Source of the DNA: Vicinamibacteria bacterium
GTDB taxonomy: Bacteria > Acidobacteriota > Vicinamibacteria > Marinacidobacterales > Marinacidobacteraceae
Assembly: GCA_963422395.1 (NCBI GenBank)
Contig: OY729431.1
Span: 1,088,001 to 1,152,000, forward strand
Reading direction: 5' to 3'
DNA: 64,000 nt
In this document: positions 28,502 to 37,400 of the stretch, one piece after another
Layout: each line of letters opens with the position of its first letter
Numbering within the stretch: position 1 is the first letter of the stretch
Position numbers and translations under genes: made by a program
Notes under the pieces: generated by a model
Databases searched by the model: none
Seen by the model: only the letters and a program-made list of their open reading frames with translations
What the model was told of the DNA's origin: nothing

Positions 28502-29452
28502 CTAGGTGTGCAAGCTCACCAGGTTGTTGAGGGGGAAGTCGAGCGCCTGGATGGGGGGTCGGTGATGGAGGCTGGTGTGAGGCCGGTGCCAGTTGTATCG
28601 GTGGAGCCAGGCGGGCAGTTGGGCGGCGCGCGGTTCGGAGCTCTGGTAGGTGTGTGCGTAGGCCCATTCTCTGAGAACGGTTTGGATGAAGCGTTCGGCT
28701 TTTCCGTTGGTTCGGGGGGTGAAGGGACGGGTGTAGAGGTGTCGGATGCCTGCCTGTTGGCATCGTGCGTTGAAGGCACGGGAGCGGTAGCAGCCGCCAT
28801 TGTCGGTGAGGAGGCGTTGCACGGGGATAGCGAGGCTTTGGAAGTAGGCGAGTGCGTCGGTGAGGAAGGCGGCGGCGCTATGGGCGGATTCGTCGGGGAG
28901 GATTTTGGAGAAAGCGAGGCGGGAGTGGTCGTCCACGCAGACATGGACGAACTCCCAGCCGGCGCGGGGGCTGGTCGAGCGGCGGTTTCCGGTGGCGCGG
29001 TGTCCGGGGCGCCGGAAGCGCCCGAGTTTCTCGATGTCGAGGTGGAGGAGGCCCCCGGGATCTGGATAGACATAGCGGTTGGGGGGAGGGGGTGGTTCGA
29101 GCTGGGAGAGGCGGTTGACGCCGGCGCGCTGGGCGATTCGCCCCACGGTGCTGGGGGAGATGCCGAGCTGCTGGCTGATGTCGTGGTAGGTGCGGCGCTC
29201 GCGCCGCAGTTCGACGACTCGGGTGCGCCGCGCCTCGCTGGTGCGGTGCGGGCAGCGATGCGGGCGCGAGGAGCGGTCCCCGAGGCCCGGCAGGCCCTCC
29301 TCGCGCCAGCGGGCGAGCCACTTGTATGCAGTGCGCACGCTCACCCCCGAGGCCTGGGCCGCCGCCTCGACGCGGAGGCCTTCCTCGGTGATGCGGCGAA
29401 CCAGGATCTCTCGACCGAGCGGGGTCAGTTTGGCCGACTCGTGGATGCTCAT
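28502..29452 (-). CDS. IS481-family DDE transposase
   Basis: N-terminal H..AKLTPLGR HTH and DDE core HLDI / TDNG / NGKAERF, ending NNLVSLHT. The stop codon lies in the CTAG target. Confidence 0.95.
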   Translation of the reverse strand: MSIHESAKLTPLGREILVRRITEEGLRVEAAAQASGVSVRTAYKWLARWREEGLPGLGDRSSRPHRCPHRTSEARRTRVVELRRERRTYHDISQQLGISPSTVGRIAQRAGVNRLSQLEPPPPPNRYVYPDPGGLLHLDIEKLGRFRRPGHRATGNRRSTSPRAGWEFVHVCVDDHSRLAFSKILPDESAHSAAAFLTDALAYFQSLAIPVQRLLTDNGGCYRSRAFNARCQQAGIRHLYTRPFTPRTNGKAERFIQTVLREWAYAHTYQSSEPRAAQLPAWLHRYNWHRPHTSLHHRPPIQALDFPLNNLVSLHT

Positions 29453-29538
29453 GCGGGTTCCTCCTCATGCTGAGAGATCGTGGATGCCCATGAGCTTCGG
29501 GCATCGGGCTCGCGTGAACAACCTACCGCAAGGTCACA
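28507..29538 (-). mobile_element. IS481-family insertion sequence
   Basis: TGT...ACA ends with imperfect IRs (TGTGCAAGCTCACCAGGTTGTTGA / TGTGACCTTGCGGTAGGTTGTTCA). Flanks GCTAGG / GCTAGC resemble an NCTAGN target duplication. Confidence 0.92.
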
Positions 29539-29540
29539 GC

Positions 29541-29733
29541 TAGCAGCCCGTGGACGAAGTCACACGGCCAAAGGTCGGCGATGGCTAGTCCTCCCGGTGG
29601 GGCCCCTGGCTGAACCGCTTCGCTCTTCGTTGCAAATCAGTCGGAATACGCCCGGTATGCCCCCGAATCGCGCCTTGTCCGCCGGGCGCCTCCCCGATCT
29701 TGGGGCTCGCGTCACTTCATCTACAGGCTGCTA
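29541..29733. mobile_element. MITE, full copy 2 (inverted relative to copy 1)
   Basis: TAGCAGCCCGTGGACGAAGT...ACTTCATCTACAGGCTGCTA, with about 18 differences from copy 1. Confidence 0.88.
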
Positions 29734-29793
29734 ACCTTCGCTCTTCGCGGAGACCCGGCCCGCGCCTCGGCCGTTCCCCGCGGCCCGCTCCCG

Positions 29794-30633
29794 ATGCGAC
29801 CCACTTGGCAGGGCAACCTGAAGTTGGCGCTGGTGCTCGTGCCCGTCCGAGCGTACCCGGCGGCGCGGGTCAAGACGGTGGCCATGAACCAGCTCCATGA
29901 GGAATGCAAGGCCCGGATCCGCCAGCAGCGCCGCTGCAGTTCCTGTGATCAGGACCTTGAACGCGACGACATCGTGCGCGGCTACGAGTACAGCAAGGAC
30001 CAGTATGTGCTGATCCGGCAGGAGGATCTGGCCAAGCTGCAGCTGCCCTCGCTCCGCACCCTGGACATTGTCCAATTCGTGCAGGAATCCGAGATCAACC
30101 CGCTCTACTACCACGGGTCCTACTACCTGGCTCCGGCCGGCGCGGTGGCCGCCGGTCCCTTCCACACCATCCTCAAGGCGATGGAGGCATCGAATCGGGT
30201 GGCCATCGCCCAGGTGGTCCTCGGCGGGAAGGAGAAGGTCGTGGCGATCCGCCCCGGCGACGGCGTGTTCCTGATGTCGTTCCTCCACTACGCCGACGAA
30301 GTGCGCGAGGTGTCGGACATCGAAGATCTTCCGGAAGCGGCCGCGCCGAACGCTGCGGAGACCGCGATGGCCCGACAACTCCTCGACTCCTACGCCAAAC
30401 CCTTCGATGTGAGCGCTTTCGAGGACGGCTACCGCAAGCGCTTCTTGGAGATCGTCGAAGCCAAGAGCCGGGGCGAGGAACTGGTCTCTCCCCCCAGCGT
30501 GGAGCCTCGCCGGGTCATCGATCTCATGGACGCCCTGCGGTCGAGCCTCGCCCGCATCGAAGGGGAAGCGGCCGAATCCGGCGAGGGGCTGGATCGGGAG
30601 GGACAGCCCGGCGAGGAGCGGCGGGCGAGCTGA
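29794..30633 (+). CDS. ku: Non-homologous end joining protein Ku
   Basis: MRPTWQGNLKLALVLVPV, IVRGYEY, YYLAP and VIDLMDALRSSL motifs. Confidence 0.93.
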   Translation: MRPTWQGNLKLALVLVPVRAYPAARVKTVAMNQLHEECKARIRQQRRCSSCDQDLERDDIVRGYEYSKDQYVLIRQEDLAKLQLPSLRTLDIVQFVQESEINPLYYHGSYYLAPAGAVAAGPFHTILKAMEASNRVAIAQVVLGGKEKVVAIRPGDGVFLMSFLHYADEVREVSDIEDLPEAAAPNAAETAMARQLLDSYAKPFDVSAFEDGYRKRFLEIVEAKSRGEELVSPPSVEPRRVIDLMDALRSSLARIEGEAAESGEGLDREGQPGEERRAS

Positions 30634-30686
30634 GCGCGCCGGAACCGTCGCTCCCGCGGCTGCCCGCCGAGTGGCTCCGCGAGGGT

Positions 30687-31613
30687 GTGCAGCCGATGCT
30701 CGCCGGGACCGGTCGGCCTTTCGATTCGCCGGACCACCTGTTCGATGCGAAGTGGGACGGGCTGCGCTCCATCGCATTCTTCGGCCCGACCGTTCGGCTG
30801 CAGGCCCGAAGCCAGCGCGATCAGACGCCGCAGTTCCCGGACCTCGCGGCGAAGCTCGGGGCGCTTACCGGATCAGGCGTTCTCGATGGTGAGATCGTGG
30901 TGCTCGAAGGGGATCGACCCAGCTTCCCGCTGGTCATGGAACGGAACCGCCTGCGCGATGCGGACGCCGTCCGGCGTGCCACGGGACACCTGCCGGCATG
31001 GTTCGTCGCATTCGATGTGCTGCACCGAAACGGCCAGCGCCTTACCGCGCGGCCGCTGGTCGAACGGCGCCGCGCGCTCGACGCACTGCTTCCCGGCGAA
31101 CCGGAAGCGCGCCTGTTTGCGAACCCGCGGGTCGTCGGCGCCGGCCGCCGGTTCTTCGCTGCCATGCGCGAACGCAAGATGGAGGGGATGGTCGCCAAGC
31201 GTCTCGGGAGCCCCTACCGGATCGGAGAGCGCAGCGATGACTGGTTGAAGGTGAAGCTACGGCCTCGCCTGAGTTGCGTGGTGTTCGGCACCTTGCACCG
31301 AGACGAGGGGGGGCCGGTGCGCTCGCTGGTGGTTGGGGCGTACGGGCCGGAGGGTCCGGTGTGGTTGGCGAATGTCGGCGGCGGACTCGACGCCCCTACT
31401 CGGGCTCGACTCGGCCCTTCCCTCGAAGGCCTCACATCCTCTCGGCCTCCGGGCTTCGACGCGACCGGAGAGGGGCACATTCGCTTCGTCCGTCCGCTGC
31501 TGGTGGCCTGTGTGGAGTATCTCGAGGTCACGCCGTCGGGCCACCTCCGCCACCCGTCCTTCATCGGTTTCGAGGACCGCGATCCTCGTTCCTGCGCTCT
31601 CCCGCACCGGTAG
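30687..31613 (+). CDS. ATP-dependent DNA ligase (LigD ligase domain only)
   Basis: PMLA, KWDGLR (adenylated Lys), LDGEIV, FDVL, EGMVAK, WLKVK and LRHPSF motifs. Confidence 0.9.
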   Translation: MQPMLAGTGRPFDSPDHLFDAKWDGLRSIAFFGPTVRLQARSQRDQTPQFPDLAAKLGALTGSGVLDGEIVVLEGDRPSFPLVMERNRLRDADAVRRATGHLPAWFVAFDVLHRNGQRLTARPLVERRRALDALLPGEPEARLFANPRVVGAGRRFFAAMRERKMEGMVAKRLGSPYRIGERSDDWLKVKLRPRLSCVVFGTLHRDEGGPVRSLVVGAYGPEGPVWLANVGGGLDAPTRARLGPSLEGLTSSRPPGFDATGEGHIRFVRPLLVACVEYLEVTPSGHLRHPSFIGFEDRDPRSCALPHR

Positions 31614-31616
31614 CGG

Positions 31617-31700
31617 TTACCCGACATCGAGGAGGTCGCGGAGGATCCTCGCGGTCGAGCTCCAGACCTCTCGTCCGTCGTAGCGGTAGCGAAAGATCCC
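31617..31700 (-). pseudogene. C-terminal remnant resembling a CoA pyrophosphatase (Nudix)
   Basis: Translates GIFRYRYDGREVWSSTARILRDLLDVG*, similar to the Y.Y.G..IWGATA.IL..LL tail. In-frame stop upstream and no start codon. Confidence 0.5.
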
Positions 31701-31829
31701 CCGCGGCCCGAATCCGCCGGGAGCGCCCCGGACCGCATCGCTCCGTCATTCCGGCGGGGCAACAACCCAAGCGGGGCGGCAACAACCCGTCCCCGGATTC
31801 CGACCGTCGCTCGGCAATAATATTCGGGA

Positions 31830-32318
31830 ATGTTCCACGGTCTCTCGCACCGGCTGCTCGGCCCGGCAACAGTTTCGGCCGTGCTGATCGCGGGATCCGC
31901 GGCAGCGCAGCCGCTGGTGCAGACGGGTTCGAGCAGCGAGCGGGGCTCCTCCGACAGCCAGTGGAGCCTCGGCGTCGGCTACGAATTCGATTTCCCGATG
32001 CTCCCGTTTACGGTGGGGGTGCTCGGCCAGACGGGCACCGGCATCGAGCGGGGCGCCGACGGGCGCGAATTTCCGGTGCGCGCCTGGCTCACCGGAAAGA
32101 TGAACTTGCTGCCGACACCCGGTTTCGGTGTCTATCTGGGTGCCGGCGGCGGCGTCTCCACCCGCTTCGGCGGCGGCGGCGAGAAGACGCCGGTAGCGGC
32201 GGGGATGGCGCTCGCCGGATTGGGCGTAGGACGGCTGCATCTCGAAGTCCAGCTCCAGCGGGACTTCGGAGAAGCGCCGAAGACCCGTTGGGTCACTTCC
32301 GTCGGGCTTTCGTTCTGA
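31830..32318 (+). CDS. Small outer-membrane beta-barrel-like protein
   Basis: Signal peptide (AAA/Q), alternating amphipathic strands (WSLGVGYEF, FGVYLGAGGG) and a C-terminal VGLSF. Confidence 0.65.
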   Translation: MFHGLSHRLLGPATVSAVLIAGSAAAQPLVQTGSSSERGSSDSQWSLGVGYEFDFPMLPFTVGVLGQTGTGIERGADGREFPVRAWLTGKMNLLPTPGFGVYLGAGGGVSTRFGGGGEKTPVAAGMALAGLGVGRLHLEVQLQRDFGEAPKTRWVTSVGLSF

Positions 32319-33328
32319 GCCCCCCGATCACCTTTTCGGCGCCGACGCGTGTCGATCTGGCCGGCGGAACGCTGGATATCTGGCCTGTCGGGTTGCTCGT
32401 GCCCCGAGCGGTAACGGTGAATGCGGCGATCAGCCTGCGGGCGCGCGCCACGGTGGCGCCTGCTTCTCGACACCGGCTCATCAACGAGCAGCGCCGCCTC
32501 GACATCGCCGCCGATTCGCCCGAGAGCTTCTTTCCCCATCCGTACGCGGCTCTCGCCGGACGGCTGATCGCGTTCTTCCAGCCGGAAACTCCGGTCGAGG
32601 TCCGGTGGGAAACCGCAGTCCCGCCGGGCTCCGGGCTCGGCGGATCGTCCGCGCTCGGAATGGCGATCGCCGGGGCGTTGAACCAGATCTCCGGGGCGAG
32701 GTGGACGGTGCCCGAACTCGTCCGGATCGTGATGGATACCGAGGTCCGCATCCTGCGAACCGCCACCGGAGCGCAGGATCAGTACGCCGCCGGACTCGGC
32801 GGAACCCGCGCCCACCACTGGGAGAGTCCGGCGCCGCGCGCCGAGCCGCTCCCCTGGGCCATGCCCGGAAAGGATCCGCTCCGGGAGCGGTTCGTCCTGG
32901 TGTTCACTGGCGAGGCGCACTCCTCGGCGGACTCGAACGGGAGTGTTCTCGAACGCATCTTCGGCGGCGAACCGGCGGCGGTCCAAGGCATCGAGGAGAT
33001 CGCCGAGGCGGCGTTCTCCATGCGGGAAGCGCTCCTTTCGCGTGATTGGGATCGGGCCGCCCGGATCCTGAACCTCGAATGGCGCGCGCGGCGGGCGCTT
33101 TCCCCGGCGGTCACCACTCCCACCCTGCGGCGGTTCGAGCGCCGGCTGCGGGAAGCCGGGGCGAGCGCGGTGAAGGCGTGCGGCGCCGGGGGCGGGGGGA
33201 CGATCCTCGCCGCGGTTCCTCCTCCGCTGCGGGCTGCGGTGACCGAGACCGCGCGGGAGCTGGGCGGAGAAGTGCTCGACGCGCGGAGCGACCCCGATGG
33301 ATTGCGGCGCGAGGACGAACCGGCTTGA
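32315..33328 (+). CDS. GHMP kinase (HddA/sugar-phosphate kinase-like)
   Basis: APTRVDLAGGTLD, PPGSGLGGSS, GAQDQY and KACGAGGGG motifs. Start uncertain (CTG 32315 or TTG 32288). Confidence 0.85.
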   Translation: MSPPITFSAPTRVDLAGGTLDIWPVGLLVPRAVTVNAAISLRARATVAPASRHRLINEQRRLDIAADSPESFFPHPYAALAGRLIAFFQPETPVEVRWETAVPPGSGLGGSSALGMAIAGALNQISGARWTVPELVRIVMDTEVRILRTATGAQDQYAAGLGGTRAHHWESPAPRAEPLPWAMPGKDPLRERFVLVFTGEAHSSADSNGSVLERIFGGEPAAVQGIEEIAEAAFSMREALLSRDWDRAARILNLEWRARRALSPAVTTPTLRRFERRLREAGASAVKACGAGGGGTILAAVPPPLRAAVTETARELGGEVLDARSDPDGLRREDEPA

Positions 33329-33687
33329 GCGCCGAGCGCGCTGTCTGCAGTCTCGCCGAGCTCGCGAAGACTGCCGCGCTGGCCGTGGATGCGGGCGAGC
33401 TGCGGCTCGCCCTCTTTCTGCATGAGGGGCGGGTATTTGCGCTGAGCGAGACCTGCCCTCATCGGGGCGGGCCGCTCCATGCCGGACAGGTGACCCGCGG
33501 GGTCGTGCGCTGTCCCTGGCACCTCTGGCAGTTCGATCTCGCCTCCGGCTGCTCTCCGGTCAACCCGCATTCCTCGGTGCCGACCTATCCGGTGCGGGTG
33601 GAGAACGGAACGGTCTTCGTCCGTCTCGCCGAAGAGGCTCCGGCAGAGAGAAGGGGAGTCGGGGGAAGGCGCGAGGCCGTCGAATGA
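33325..33687 (+). CDS. Rieske [2Fe-2S] ferredoxin (NirD-like)
   Basis: CPHRGGPL...CPWHLWQF; TTG start overlapping the upstream stop. Confidence 0.88.
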   Translation: MSAERAVCSLAELAKTAALAVDAGELRLALFLHEGRVFALSETCPHRGGPLHAGQVTRGVVRCPWHLWQFDLASGCSPVNPHSSVPTYPVRVENGTVFVRLAEEAPAERRGVGGRREAVE

Positions 33688-33703
33688 CGGCCGGCGGGTC
33701 CTG

Positions 33704-34543
33704 TCAGCCGCCGACCGCTGCCAGCAGCTCTCGGTAGCGGTGCGGCGGCAGATCCGATCCGAAGCGCTTGCCGTTCTCGCGCTTGTGGAAGTCGGAACCG
33801 CCGGTCACCAGGAGACCGAGGGAATCGGCGATTTCGAGATAGCGATCTCGCTCCGCGGCGTCCTGCTCGGCGTGGTACACCTCGATCGCCCGCACTCCGG
33901 ACTCTCGCAGCAGGGGGACGAGCCTGCTCTGGTCGTCGAGGTATTTGGGGTGGGCGATGGAACTCACTCCTCCCGCCGCGTGCAGCATGTCCACTGCTTC
34001 CTTGAGTTCGACTTTCCAGCCGTACGGAACATGGCCGGCCTTTCCATCGCCGAGGTACCGCTCGAATGCCTCGGAACGATTTCGGACGATCCCTTTCCGA
34101 ACCAGGGCATCGGCAACATGGGGCCGCCCCAGCGAAGCTCCCTGGCACATCGCCGCCGCCTCCTCGTAGGTGAGCGGGATTCCCGCATCGGTCAGCTGCT
34201 GGCAGGTTCGGCGGATCCTCTCCCGGCGGCGCAGTGAGACTTCGGCGAACAGCGAGACGAGCGCCGGGTCGTCAGGGGTAACGAACAGCCCGAGCAGGTG
34301 CACGGATTCGGCCCCGTGCTGGCAGCTCACCTCGACGCCGGCGACCAGTTCGATCGCGGCTTCGGCGGCGGCCGCGCGCGCGGCGCCGATTCCCGTCAGG
34401 GTGTCGTGATCGGTGAGCGCCAGGACGGTCACTCCGTCCCTCGCTGCCTCGCGCACGACTTCGGCGGGGGGCATCTCCCCGTCCGACTCGGTGGAATGGG
34501 AATGGAGATCGATGTTGGGAGGCCGATCCGGGTGCACAACCAT
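33704..34543 (-). CDS. PHP-domain phosphoesterase (TrpH/YciV-like)
   Basis: DLHSHS..SDG, LTDHD, GRPH, AHP and GGSDFH motifs. Confidence 0.9.
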   Translation of the reverse strand: MVVHPDRPPNIDLHSHSTESDGEMPPAEVVREAARDGVTVLALTDHDTLTGIGAARAAAAEAAIELVAGVEVSCQHGAESVHLLGLFVTPDDPALVSLFAEVSLRRRERIRRTCQQLTDAGIPLTYEEAAAMCQGASLGRPHVADALVRKGIVRNRSEAFERYLGDGKAGHVPYGWKVELKEAVDMLHAAGGVSSIAHPKYLDDQSRLVPLLRESGVRAIEVYHAEQDAAERDRYLEIADSLGLLVTGGSDFHKRENGKRFGSDLPPHRYRELLAAVGG

Positions 34544-34693
34544 GCGTGTGGCGGCGAAGTGTAGTCCCTGATCCTGGGAAAGTTCGTCGAAGGTGCTGCG
34601 CCTCCATGCCGCCGCGGCCTCTCCCGTTAGAATCCGGAGCGCCGGCGGCGGGTTCCGCCGGGCCGTTCCGCGCCGCGGAAAAGGAGCGAACCG

Positions 34694-35017
34694 ATGCTGA
34701 GCCTCACGGATGTAGCTGCGACCAAGGTCGCCGAATTTCTCGGGAAGCACGATCGCCCGGAAGCGCTGCTGCGGGTCCGCGTCGTGGGCGGGGGATGCTC
34801 CGGATTCCAGTATCAGCTCGCCCTCGACGACGAATCCCGCGCCGGCGATCAGATCATCGAACAGAACGGCGTCCGGATACTCGTGGACGAGCGCAGCCTT
34901 CCCTACCTCGACGGCACCGAAATCGACTATGTCGAAGACATCATGGGAGCCGGATTCCGGTTCAACAACCCCAACGCCGTCTCCAATTGCGGCTGCGGAG
35001 AGTCGTTCCAGGTCTGA
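34694..35017 (+). CDS. A-type Fe-S carrier (IscA/ErpA/HesB family)
   Basis: GGGCSGFQY and NPNA..CGCGESF motifs; RBS AAGGAG. Confidence 0.95.
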   Translation: MLSLTDVAATKVAEFLGKHDRPEALLRVRVVGGGCSGFQYQLALDDESRAGDQIIEQNGVRILVDERSLPYLDGTEIDYVEDIMGAGFRFNNPNAVSNCGCGESFQV

Positions 35018-35168
35018 GACCCCGCCCCCAGCCCGATTCCGAAGTTCCGTCTCGATCGAAAGCCCCTCGGTTTTCGGGAGCGGCGGGCCGCTGCCGAGCG
35101 GCTTCGTCCCGGAGCAGCGGGGGGACGGTCGGGCCGCCTGATGAGCGGCTGACGGGAAGAGTCTCGCC

Positions 35169-35969
35169 GTGATCGGCGCAGTCGCCGCCGTCCTGGCTTC
35201 CCGGCTGGCCGCGGGGACCCTCCTGGCCGCCGGCTGCATCGGCTGGCGTCACCCGGTGCCGGACCGCTTTCTCCGGTTTCTGCTCGACAGCGCCGCGGGA
35301 CTCTTCGCCCTGGCGCTACTTCTCGGCTGGCACCGGCCCGAGGCTGCGTACTGGGGCGGCCTCCTGACGCTCAGCCTCGCTCTCGCCGTCGGGCTGCGAC
35401 TCGTTCCGCCGCGGCTCGAATCCTCGCGGCGGCAGGCTGCCGCCGCCATGGCGGCTCTCGGACTCGCCGGGGCGCTCGCCCCCTGGTGGCTCGTTTTCCC
35501 TTCCGCTTCGGAGATCGCGACGGGGGGAGTGCCGCTGGCGATGGCCGCGAATCTCGCTGCGGCGGGGTTGCTGGGCGCGACTACGGCGACGATGGTTCTC
35601 GGCCACTGGTACCTCGTGGACACCGCGCTCTCCATCCGCCCGCTCGCCTTCGGCGCCGCCCTCCTGCTCGGAGCCACCGGGCTGCGGGTGTCGATCACCG
35701 CCGTATCGCTCGCCGCTTCCGGTGCGGCGGCGCTCCGGCTGTCGACTCCCAGCGACCTCATCTACTCGACCACGGCGCTCTTCTTTTCGTTCCGGGCGAT
35801 CACCGGGCTCATGGCGCCGGCGGCGCTTTGCCTGCTGGTGCGGAGCACGGTGCGCATCCGTTCCACCCAGTCGGCGACCGGACTGCTCTATGTCGCGCTG
35901 ATCCTCGTGCTGTTCGGAGAGCTCACCGCCGTGTTCCTCGAACAGGTTACGGGAGGCGCGCTCGTCTGA
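35169..35969 (+). CDS. Polytopic membrane protein with LGHWYL motif, unknown function
   Basis: About 8 hydrophobic segments; motifs MVLGHWYL and STQSATGLLY...GE. Confidence 0.75.
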   Translation: MIGAVAAVLASRLAAGTLLAAGCIGWRHPVPDRFLRFLLDSAAGLFALALLLGWHRPEAAYWGGLLTLSLALAVGLRLVPPRLESSRRQAAAAMAALGLAGALAPWWLVFPSASEIATGGVPLAMAANLAAAGLLGATTATMVLGHWYLVDTALSIRPLAFGAALLLGATGLRVSITAVSLAASGAAALRLSTPSDLIYSTTALFFSFRAITGLMAPAALCLLVRSTVRIRSTQSATGLLYVALILVLFGELTAVFLEQVTGGALV

Positions 35970-36028
35970 GAGAGGAGGTCGGGCCGCCTCTCGCTGCCAA
36001 CCAGCCCGCCGAGCGGTACCCTGTTCCC

Positions 36029-37357
36029 GTGCTCTCCGACTCCGAAGCCGACGGCAAACCATCCGCCGCCGCCCGCCGGGAGTTCCTCTTCCGGAGCTCG
36101 AGAGTCTTCGGCTCGCTGGCTCTGATGCCCGTCGTTCCCGTCGGCGGCCTGGCAGCTCTCGCCGAAGGCGCTTCCCGGCAGCGAGCGGATCCCGAAGCGT
36201 GGGTGGCCCGCGCCCGGGAACAGATCCCTGCTGCCGTCGGCAGCCGCTATTTCCAGACGGGCGGGATCGGTCCTTCTCCGACCGCGGTGATCGAAGCAGT
36301 CCGGGAGCGTCTCGAGTTTCAGAACCGGAGCCCCGCCGATCCGCGGGTCTCGGCGGAGATGGCGCGGATCGAGCCGGATCTCAGGGTCCATCTCGGACGG
36401 GCTTTCGGCGCCGGCGGCGACGAAGTGGCGCTGACCCACTCCACCTCGGAGGGAATCTCCATCGTCGCCTGGGGGCTCGACTGGCGGTCGGGAGACGAGG
36501 TGGTGATCTCGAACACCGAGCACCCGGCGAATGTCATTCCCTGGTATGTCCTGCGCGACCGGTTCGGCATCGTGATCCGCACGATCGATCTGGATCCCGG
36601 CACCGACCTGCTCGACGAGGTGCGGGAACAGCTTTCGCCCCGAACCCGGCTGGTGAGCATCAGCCATGTTTCCCGGAACAACGGCCGCCGGCTGCGCCCC
36701 GAACACTCCGCCGAACTCGGGAATCTCCTCCGTTCCCGAGGCGTGCGGTACCACCTCGACGGCGCCCAGGGGCCGGGTTCGGTCCCGACCGACTTCGCCG
36801 CGCTCGGCTGCGACGCCTATTCCCTGTGCGGCCACAAATGGCTCCTCGGTCCCAAGGGCACGGGGGCGCTCTTCGTGCGCCGGGATCTGCTCGACGAAGT
36901 GCGGCTTTCCTGGGCGGGTGCCCACAGCCACCAGGAGATGGATTACCAGGGCCATTACCGCCTGTTGCCGAGCGCCGCCCGCTACGAGTTCGGAACCCGG
37001 GCGCTCGCCGACTTCCACGGTTTCGACCGCGCCGTCCACTGGATGGAACAGATCGGCTTCGCCCGGATCTTCGCCCGGATCCAGGATCTGGTCGGTTACG
37101 GGATCGCGGCTTTCCGGCGGAGCGGCGTCCTCTCGCTCGCTTCGCCGGAGGATCCGAGGGACCGTTCGGGGATCCTGGTGGCGCGCCTCCCTGCGGGGTG
37201 CGACCCGGACAGCCTCTACCGCGGTCTCGGGGCGGAGGACGGGATTCTCGCTTCGCCGGTGCGCGGAGAGAGGGACTTCCGCCTCTCGATCCACTTCTTC
37301 AACACCCGGGAGGAGATCGACTCCGCGATCGAGGCCATCGTTTCGCGGTGCGGGTGA
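36029..37357 (+). CDS. Tat-exported class V PLP aminotransferase-fold enzyme
   Basis: Twin-arginine signal ARREFL, EHPAN, DGAQ, GHKWLLGPKG (PLP Lys) and YEFGT. No RxGxHC catalytic-Cys loop. Confidence 0.85.
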   Translation: MLSDSEADGKPSAAARREFLFRSSRVFGSLALMPVVPVGGLAALAEGASRQRADPEAWVARAREQIPAAVGSRYFQTGGIGPSPTAVIEAVRERLEFQNRSPADPRVSAEMARIEPDLRVHLGRAFGAGGDEVALTHSTSEGISIVAWGLDWRSGDEVVISNTEHPANVIPWYVLRDRFGIVIRTIDLDPGTDLLDEVREQLSPRTRLVSISHVSRNNGRRLRPEHSAELGNLLRSRGVRYHLDGAQGPGSVPTDFAALGCDAYSLCGHKWLLGPKGTGALFVRRDLLDEVRLSWAGAHSHQEMDYQGHYRLLPSAARYEFGTRALADFHGFDRAVHWMEQIGFARIFARIQDLVGYGIAAFRRSGVLSLASPEDPRDRSGILVARLPAGCDPDSLYRGLGAEDGILASPVRGERDFRLSIHFFNTREEIDSAIEAIVSRCG

Positions 37358-37400
37358 TCGCCTGCTTCCTGTCGAGGCGTCGCCGGACGAGCCTCCGCCG

